NCBI GenBank assembly: GCA_964610765.1
Contig: CAZSWS010000014.1
Location: forward strand, 1-46,977
Origin: an uncultured Parabacteroides sp.
GTDB taxonomy: Bacteria > Bacteroidota > Bacteroidia > Bacteroidales > Tannerellaceae
Reading direction: 5' to 3'
DNA length: 46,977 nt
Position numbers and translations under genes: made by a program
Notes under the pieces: generated by a model
The model's database searches: none
What the model was told of the DNA's origin: nothing
What the model saw: only the letters and a program-made list of their open reading frames with translations
Shown here: positions 40,460 to 46,977 of the stretch, piece after piece
How the letters are laid out: each line of letters starts with the position of its first letter
How positions within the stretch are numbered: position 1 is the first letter of the stretch

Positions 40460-41876
40460 AAAGAAGTACGATATTATTACAAACATCAACAATCGACGTA
40501 TTTTGGTCATCAACGACATACTCGACATTGAGCAAACACCTGCGTTAACATTCAATGATTTTGATGCAATTTTCTTGAATTTAACCAGTTCTATCACTGA
40601 GAAAAATCTACTTGCTATTCGGTTAGCATCTCCCCTACTCTCTGAAAAATGTCGTTTTAAGCCTTGCTATGTGACGCAAAGACTCCGCGGATGCCTTGAA
40701 CTTGATGGCATCACGATAGATGGATATGCAGTCACCCCTCATGCGAAAAACATGACGAATGGGATTGAGGAACTTTACCATAGGATGAGCCGAATAAACT
40801 TTTTACTAGATACAAAACCCGTTGTAAGTAGTGGTGAAGAGTTTTTCCGAATTTTCCGCTATGCTATCTCGCGTGGTCGGTTTACTTTCACCAGCCGACC
40901 CATTCCGGGGTTAAATATTGGAGCTACGTCCTTGTTTTCATATACCCAAACTAACAGGTGTTGCGAAATGCAACGCACCGGTCAGCACCATTTTTGTTAC
41001 GCTCAATTATTAAAGCAAGGTTATATTCGATATTTGCGTTTTGTAGAAAAAATACACCTATGCCCTCATTGCGGAAATAGTCATTTGCTCTTTATAGAAA
41101 CTTGCCAAAAATGCAACAGCTCGAATATCATTGAAGAGCCTGTATTGCATCATTTTAGATGTGCAAATGTAACACCCGAGTCTACTTATCAATGGGATGG
41201 AGCGCTAAGATGCCCTAAATGCAAACACTACCTTCGTCATATTGGTATAGATTATGACCGACCGTCAGCCATATATACCTGTCAGCAATGCGATAACTCG
41301 TTTGTACATGCAGGTATGCGCGTGCTGTGCACCTCTTGCAAAAAAACGTCAAAAACAGAAGAACTTCTTCCTGAAAACATCGAAGAGTTTGAATTCACGG
41401 CTGAAGGAATCAAAGCATTTGCTTCATACGAAATCATTCAAACACTTTCGCAGGTAGCCTTCACCGGCTACTCTTCCATGGGTGATTTCACCAATTATAT
41501 CCGGATGATAGCCTTATCAGACGACAAAAAGAAAAACGCATTAATCATCATACGTTTTTTAATTTCAGAATCTATGTCTGACAAAAACGATCGAACAACG
41601 ACCATCCTGCCCGTGGTATATGCCATGAAGCGTTTCTCTAACTATAAAAGCACTATATGGAAGAACAACTACTTTTTTGCAGCCTATGTTCCTGAAGGAG
41701 ATATTGCAAGAATGAGAGAAGAAATGAAACAAGAACTAAAGTCACAATTATCCAACTACCAAGAAGAGCATAAAGACTTTCAGTTTGAACTTATTAAAGC
41801 TCACACATACTACGCCGGTAACGATGTTGAGCTATTCATTAATACGATTAAAAACGACCCCATTCATCAAGAATGA
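40452..41876 (+). CDS. Cysteine-rich hypothetical protein: an N-terminal receiver-like region plus a multi-zinc-ribbon (5x CxxC) domain.
   Basis: 474 aa. Its start overlaps the HlyD stop by 8 nt. The CxxC pairs are CPHC, CQKC, CPKC, CQQC and CTSC, plus HHFRC, all within about 110 aa. The N-terminus RRILVINDILD...FDAIFLNL resembles a degenerate REC fold. No TM helices are present. Confidence 0.45.
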   Translation: MNKKKYDIITNINNRRILVINDILDIEQTPALTFNDFDAIFLNLTSSITEKNLLAIRLASPLLSEKCRFKPCYVTQRLRGCLELDGITIDGYAVTPHAKNMTNGIEELYHRMSRINFLLDTKPVVSSGEEFFRIFRYAISRGRFTFTSRPIPGLNIGATSLFSYTQTNRCCEMQRTGQHHFCYAQLLKQGYIRYLRFVEKIHLCPHCGNSHLLFIETCQKCNSSNIIEEPVLHHFRCANVTPESTYQWDGALRCPKCKHYLRHIGIDYDRPSAIYTCQQCDNSFVHAGMRVLCTSCKKTSKTEELLPENIEEFEFTAEGIKAFASYEIIQTLSQVAFTGYSSMGDFTNYIRMIALSDDKKKNALIIIRFLISESMSDKNDRTTTILPVVYAMKRFSNYKSTIWKNNYFFAAYVPEGDIARMREEMKQELKSQLSNYQEEHKDFQFELIKAHTYYAGNDVELFINTIKNDPIHQE

Positions 41877-41891
41877 GTAAAAGAAAATATC

Positions 41892-43214
41892 ATGCTGGAC
41901 TATGCATTTGAAATATTTGATGGCATCGTTGCTTGTTTTACATCGAACCTATCGTGGAGATCTACCATAGCTACCTTTTGGTTTCTTTTCTTTGTGGACT
42001 TTCCTCGCTACTATTTATTGGATTTTGTTGCGGCAGGAAGACATGGATTTACTTGGCGTTCACGCCGTAAAAAAAGAGAATTAGCCCGGCGAATGCTTTA
42101 CATTGAAAAGCCTTTCATAAGTATACTTGTTCCCGGAAAAAACGAAGGGAAACACATTTATGCCTTATTGAAGTCAATTCGTGAACAGACATACACCAAC
42201 TATGAAATTATCATCATTGACGATGGATCGGATGACACAACACCAATGGTCTGTCGAGATTTGGACCAAGCCGGGCTGATTGATAAATATTACCGCCTTT
42301 TTGATCGAGGAGGAAAAGCCTCAGCAGCTAATTATGGAGCCTATTATGCTAAAGGAAAATATATCGTTCACATGGACGCTGACAGTTCTTTAGACCGGGA
42401 TGCCATTGAAAAGATATTGATTCCATTTTATTATGACCGAAGGATAAAAGGCGTAGGAGGCTGTGTGAAGGTTCGCAATGCTTATGCAACTGTTTGTACA
42501 GCTATGCAAGCTTTAGAGTATTTAAGATGCATCCTGATTGGGCGAATGGTCACTAATATGTTTGGGCTATACCACATTATATCGGGAGCTTTCGGAGCTT
42601 TTGAAGCCGAAACAATCCGCCAGTTGGGTTGTTGGGACGTAGGACCGGGTATGGATGGAGACATCACACAAAAAATACGCAAAGCCGGCTATAAGGTTTG
42701 GTTCGCAGAAGATTCAATCTGTATGACAAACGTGCCCGAAAAATGGAAAGATTTATATCTGCAGCGATATCGTTGGTCGAAATCATTGGTGAGGTTCCGG
42801 ATTCGTAAACACAGAGACATCTTCAGAGCAGATAAGAATTTCTCATTTTCAAATATGTTCTCAAACTTAGACTGCATCTTTTATGACTTTATCTTGAACT
42901 ACATCTGGTTCTTCTACATCATCACACTCATATTTGCTAATACTGATCGACTTTGGGAGATTATCGTTGTTGCTTGGTTGATTCGTTTTTCATTCACACT
43001 GCTTGCTTTCCTTGTCATTCAGTGTGTATCAGAAAGAGCCAGAGAAGAAAGGGCCTTGGGTTGCTATCTGTTGCTGTCTACACTTTATATAGGTTATTTC
43101 TTACGCACAGTTCGCTTAATAGGGCATACAGCTGAATTATTCTTTTTCTCCTCCTATAAAGATAGATGGAATCCCAAAAAGACCTCTATCGTGGCAAGAG
43201 TTGAACATATTTAA
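41892..43214 (+). CDS. Processive family-2 glycosyltransferase (PgaC/IcaA/NodC-like polysaccharide synthase).
   Basis: 440 aa. The motifs are the DxD element IIIIDDGSDDTT, the HMDADS element, and LQRYRWSKS (QxxRW). The GT domain is flanked by N-terminal TM helices (2) and C-terminal TM helices (3-4), as in PgaC. Confidence 0.8.
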   Translation: MLDYAFEIFDGIVACFTSNLSWRSTIATFWFLFFVDFPRYYLLDFVAAGRHGFTWRSRRKKRELARRMLYIEKPFISILVPGKNEGKHIYALLKSIREQTYTNYEIIIIDDGSDDTTPMVCRDLDQAGLIDKYYRLFDRGGKASAANYGAYYAKGKYIVHMDADSSLDRDAIEKILIPFYYDRRIKGVGGCVKVRNAYATVCTAMQALEYLRCILIGRMVTNMFGLYHIISGAFGAFEAETIRQLGCWDVGPGMDGDITQKIRKAGYKVWFAEDSICMTNVPEKWKDLYLQRYRWSKSLVRFRIRKHRDIFRADKNFSFSNMFSNLDCIFYDFILNYIWFFYIITLIFANTDRLWEIIVVAWLIRFSFTLLAFLVIQCVSERAREERALGCYLLLSTLYIGYFLRTVRLIGHTAELFFFSSYKDRWNPKKTSIVARVEHI

Positions 43215-43385
43215 TCTTAAAAAAACAGTCAATATGAAACAACACATGATTTTTTGTTAAATAACTCAAACCCATGAAAATAAAAGATCTGTGATGTTAC
43301 GATTGCGTTATAAATAAGTAAAGGTGTACGGGATTGCTCACGCAATTCCATACTACCTGAGTATTAAACAAATTATTATTCTAGT

Positions 43386-44666
43386 ATGAATGAAAAAAAA
43401 ACTGAAATAGGCATTATCGGCTTAGGCTATGTCGGGTTTCCTCTGGCTTGTCTTTTCGCATGTAAATATGCGGTAATTGGTTATGATTTAAACGAAAAAA
43501 GGGTCAATGAGATTAATAATGGTCGTGATGAAACCCAAGAAGTAGCTTCAGAAAAGATTGATAATGCGCTAAAAAACGGGTTAGTCTGCACGACTAACAA
43601 AGAGCTACTCAAACCATGTAATATCTACATCGTAGCAGTACCTACACCTGTAGACAAACGCAATCTACCGGATTTATCACCCCTTGAAAGGGCAAGCAAA
43701 TTGATAGGTGAAGTCATTTCAGCAGGTGATATCGTCATCTATGAGTCAACCGTTTCTCCGGGAACGACTGAAGAGTTTTGCGCACCTATCATAGAGCAAG
43801 TATCAGGGCTCAAACTTAATAGAGATTTTTATCTTGCTTATTCGCCCGAACGCATCAACCCCGGAGACAAAACACGTACCATAGAGCATATCTGTAAAAT
43901 AACTTCCGGTTCAACTCCTGAAGCAGCCGAACGGGTAGATGAGCTTTACAACTCTGTATTGTTGAATGGAACCTTCCGAGCGGCCTCTATAAAAGTAGCT
44001 GAGGCTGCCAAAATCTTAGAAAACACACAAAGAGACGTAAATATCGCGCTCATAAACGAGATAGCTACCATACTTAACAAACTCGATATTAGCACAGAAG
44101 AAGTATTAAAAGCTGCGGGTACAAAGTGGAACTTCTTACCTTTTACACCAGGTTTAGTAGGCGGCCATTGTATCAGTGTTGACCCCTATTACCTGATAGA
44201 AAAAGCAAACTCTATCGGCATCGTTCCAAGAATTATTATTGAGGCCAGAAGAGTTAATAATACGATGGGCACCTATATTGTAGAGCAAGTGATACATCAT
44301 CTAAATCAGGTCGGCATACCTATTTGCAACAGTCATATCCTAATTCTTGGATTTACATTCAAAGAAAACTGCCACGACACCCGCAATACAAAGGTTATAG
44401 ATATTTATAAAACTCTCTCAACATACACTCCACACATCCATGTGTTTGACCCATGGGTTGACAAACAAGATGTTAAAAAGAACTATGGTCTTCAAATAGA
44501 GACCAGCAAAGAGAATCTGCTTGCAGGAAGTTATGACGCTGTGATTCATTGTGTAAGTCATGATTGTTTTAAGCAACTTAACCTTTCTTCTTTATGTAAG
44601 GAAGGTGGCGTCTTTTATGACGTAAAAGGTTCACTCTCTCCGGAAATTGCTACTGCAAGACTATGA
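43386..44666 (+). CDS. UDP-N-acetyl-hexosamine 6-dehydrogenase (WecC/TviB/WbpO-type nucleotide-sugar dehydrogenase).
   Basis: 426 aa. The N-terminal Rossmann motif is IGIIGLGYVGFPLA. The catalytic-cysteine motif GGHCISVDPYYL is the WecC/TviB variant rather than the Ugd variant (GGSCFPKD). Confidence 0.75.
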   Translation: MNEKKTEIGIIGLGYVGFPLACLFACKYAVIGYDLNEKRVNEINNGRDETQEVASEKIDNALKNGLVCTTNKELLKPCNIYIVAVPTPVDKRNLPDLSPLERASKLIGEVISAGDIVIYESTVSPGTTEEFCAPIIEQVSGLKLNRDFYLAYSPERINPGDKTRTIEHICKITSGSTPEAAERVDELYNSVLLNGTFRAASIKVAEAAKILENTQRDVNIALINEIATILNKLDISTEEVLKAAGTKWNFLPFTPGLVGGHCISVDPYYLIEKANSIGIVPRIIIEARRVNNTMGTYIVEQVIHHLNQVGIPICNSHILILGFTFKENCHDTRNTKVIDIYKTLSTYTPHIHVFDPWVDKQDVKKNYGLQIETSKENLLAGSYDAVIHCVSHDCFKQLNLSSLCKEGGVFYDVKGSLSPEIATARL

Positions 44667-44725
44667 GAATAAAAAATCTGCGAGTCCTACACAACCTTAG
44701 TATTAAAAAATTAAAATATTTACAC

Positions 44726-46624
44726 ATGAAAACAAGATACTTTTTATTATTTCTAACCATATTTTTATATGCGTGCACATCTCATGAAGAAGATTTGCCG
44801 GATCCTGATCCCGGAAAAGAAGAGCCGGTTTGGTCGGTCATTGATGATACTTTTAAACCCACAAAACGGATAGCATTGTTAGATTTAACTCAACGCAACA
44901 ATGAAGATGAATCCGGCAACATAAATGGACGGAATCTTTATTCGGCCGAATATATGCTAGAAATTGCAGGCACACCATCTTTCACAACCAAAGACATTAA
45001 AGAAGCGATAGAAAAAGGAAGCGTCATCCTTTTTTCTTCTCCGGTATTGAGCAACACATTTACTTCGATAGAGTTAGACGAATTGCTTGAATGGGTAAGA
45101 AGTGGTGGAATAATTGTGTCTCCTGCACTTGTAAATATCACCAGCCAAACCGAGCTTTTATTTGGCATTACTGATTCAAAATACAACAAATTAAGGCATA
45201 GCATCTTCTGGGAAAGTAGCCAAATGACCGAAAAAGAGCTGGAGTATATGGATGAGGAAGAAGAAAAAAGTATTTCGACTGGAAAAGAAGGAGACACATC
45301 CGGCCAAGCCATAAAGTCTTATGGCTATACGGTATCAAGTGCAGATGTGCTTGCTTCATTCAATTCGGGCGAAGCAGCTGTGGTTCACAACAAATTAGGT
45401 GACGGGACCGTCTATTCTTTTGGATTGTTATGGCGAGACATCATTCAACGCTCACAACTCAATAAAGACTTCTCTGCTTCCCGCATATTCAGCAATGGTT
45501 TTGAACCTTCAGCAGATATCATACCTCTTTTCATTCGATCTCTTTACACTAAACATCAACCAACAGTTGTTTGGAAGTTTACCATACCGGATGGATTTCA
45601 GAGCGTCCTAATTCCGACACATGATTGCGACTCAAGAACAGCCTATGATGAAATGTGGCATATGTCTACGTATGAAAAGAAAATCGGTTTGAAAGCACAT
45701 TATTTTATAACCATACACTATTTTCGTGATAAGTCTTATTTATCTGCATTTTATGACGATGATGCTATCAAAAAGTGTAAAGAACTACTGGAAGATGGTC
45801 ATAGCATTGGCAGTCATAGCATTGGACACTTTCTCGATTTTTCAGTTACTGAACGATTTCCCATGACGATTGTCTCAAAAGACACCTATCGCCCAACACA
45901 TGATATTACAACAGGAATTACCACCGATGGTTCAACGTGGGGAGAGGTTATCTTATCTAAGCAGATTATTGAGGCTGATCTCGGAAATAAAGTCAGATCG
46001 TTTCGCACAGGACACCTCGTAACCAATAAGCTTCTCCCAAAAGCTCAGTTAGAAGGTGGATATTCATTTTCTTCTTGTTTTGGAGCCGGTCACTTGTTAA
46101 GTCAATTTCCATTCCAAGAACGACTTGGCTATGAATGGATAGGTGAATTATCTTCCGTATTACAAATGCCCCTACATCTTTCTGATGTATTTACAGATGA
46201 GCCCATGGACGAAGACAACTGGAGAGAAAAAATCCCTATTTGGCTAGAAACATTAAACAAACTAAAAGGGAACTATGCCCCTGCTATTTTATTGATACAC
46301 CCAAACAGAGAGTGGAAAATGAGAGCGGAGGAAATGTTGGTTAATAAAATGGATCGGTCAACAATAGGACTTTGGAACTTTGAAGATTATGGAGACTTCT
46401 GGTTAAACAGGCGAGCATTAGATTTTGATTTTTGTTACATACCGGAAGGAAACAAAGTATTGATTAAGGCTAAACGGGAAGAGATTGTAAAAAATAGAGG
46501 ATTAGCCTTCGCTATTGAAACGCTCGTTGTTCCTAATGAAGTAATTATTGTTGATGAAAACATGTATGGATATAAATTATCACTGAAACAAATAGCAGAC
46601 AATCGATTTTTAGCTATACTATAA
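44726..46624 (+). CDS. Polysaccharide deacetylase (CE4, NodB-homology) lipoprotein with an N-terminal domain of about 270 aa of unknown function.
   Basis: The track ORF starts at 44663 and overlaps the dehydrogenase stop. The probable start is MKTRYFLLFLTIFLYAC (lipobox) at 44726. CE4 motif-1-like IPTHDCDS lies at about residue 297, and motif-2-like DGHSIGSHSIGH follows. Confidence 0.55.
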   Translation: MKTRYFLLFLTIFLYACTSHEEDLPDPDPGKEEPVWSVIDDTFKPTKRIALLDLTQRNNEDESGNINGRNLYSAEYMLEIAGTPSFTTKDIKEAIEKGSVILFSSPVLSNTFTSIELDELLEWVRSGGIIVSPALVNITSQTELLFGITDSKYNKLRHSIFWESSQMTEKELEYMDEEEEKSISTGKEGDTSGQAIKSYGYTVSSADVLASFNSGEAAVVHNKLGDGTVYSFGLLWRDIIQRSQLNKDFSASRIFSNGFEPSADIIPLFIRSLYTKHQPTVVWKFTIPDGFQSVLIPTHDCDSRTAYDEMWHMSTYEKKIGLKAHYFITIHYFRDKSYLSAFYDDDAIKKCKELLEDGHSIGSHSIGHFLDFSVTERFPMTIVSKDTYRPTHDITTGITTDGSTWGEVILSKQIIEADLGNKVRSFRTGHLVTNKLLPKAQLEGGYSFSSCFGAGHLLSQFPFQERLGYEWIGELSSVLQMPLHLSDVFTDEPMDEDNWREKIPIWLETLNKLKGNYAPAILLIHPNREWKMRAEEMLVNKMDRSTIGLWNFEDYGDFWLNRRALDFDFCYIPEGNKVLIKAKREEIVKNRGLAFAIETLVVPNEVIIVDENMYGYKLSLKQIADNRFLAIL

Positions 46625-46702
46625 ACACCCTTAGAAACTTAAACCCATAAAGAAGCACGGTCTTTATGATTACAAAGATGTATAACTATCTAAAAAAGAA
46701 TC

Positions 46703-46954
46703 ATGAAAGAAAATAAAGATAAACTAATCGATGAAACCTGCTGGGTATATATACAGTTAGATGAACATGGCGATTATATTATTGCTATTACTTACGATGA
46801 AGCATTTCATGAAAAAGCAAATGCAACAAAGAAGCCAATTCTATTATGGAGAAAGTTTGAAGATGCTTTTACAGCAGCAGGCTACCGAATAGTGCTCAAG
46901 TCTCTCCCCTTACCTGCCTTAAAAAAAGAGATAGAAAGGCGCTCTCCAAAATAA
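46703..46954 (+). CDS. Hypothetical small protein.
   Basis: 83-aa ORF after the CE4 gene. It has no recognisable motifs. Its coding status rests only on ORF length and strand context. Confidence 0.3.
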   Translation: MKENKDKLIDETCWVYIQLDEHGDYIIAITYDEAFHEKANATKKPILLWRKFEDAFTAAGYRIVLKSLPLPALKKEIERRSPK

Positions 46955-46977
46955 AAACTTTATCTACTCGTTATCAA

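Noticed and set aside
1-46977. CRISPR arrays, rRNA and tRNA genes.
   Set aside because: I saw no short regularly spaced direct repeats separated by unique spacers. No rRNA-like conserved stretches or tRNA cloverleaf candidates turned up in any intergenic region I scanned.

Overview
This 47-kb window looks like a Bacteroidales (Bacteroides/Parabacteroides-like) chromosome. The SusC/SusD pair, lipoprotein signal peptides and flotillin fit that, and GC is roughly 40% by eye. The evidence standard asks for this up front: every family and product call here, in features and findings alike, comes from reading the protein motifs directly; no database search or alignment was run, so each is a hypothesis. 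The left third is a dense housekeeping block. A truncated GH29 alpha-L-fucosidase sits on the minus strand, then ftsX, DUF3098, uppP, truB, queA, folK and metK on the plus strand. After these come a split LysO-type exporter pair, a small HTH protein, a nucleoside phosphorylase, an L,D-transpeptidase-like protein, and an NfeD-like/flotillin operon. A GH78-like alpha-L-rhamnosidase gene follows. Its last 93 bp (16050..16142) recur perfectly at 26285..26377. The two copies bracket a 10.2-kb PUL-like cassette with an AT-rich leader. The cassette carries an IPT/NHL lipoprotein, SusC, SusD, a surface lipoprotein and a LamG-lectin/EEP-phosphoesterase protein. No recombinase is visible in it. The right half carries a BCCT transporter, an acyl-CoA carboxylase operon (carboxyltransferase, biotin carboxylase, biotin carrier), argS and a membrane-anchored TPR/AraC regulator. 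The most unusual stretch is a six-gene plus-strand locus at 37.7-46.6 kb. It encodes a TolC-like outer-membrane factor, an HlyD-like periplasmic adaptor, a 474-aa cysteine-rich protein with several CxxC zinc-ribbon-like motifs, a PgaC/IcaA-like processive GT2 synthase carrying QxxRW, a WecC/TviB-type UDP-N-acetylhexosamine 6-dehydrogenase, and a CE4 polysaccharide-deacetylase lipoprotein. I read this as a candidate synthase-dependent acidic PNAG-like exopolysaccharide system in which the usual PgaA-type porin is replaced by a tripartite-efflux-type export module. Several palindromic or nested inverted-repeat structures lie in the intergenic spaces. No CRISPR arrays, rRNA or tRNA genes were found.
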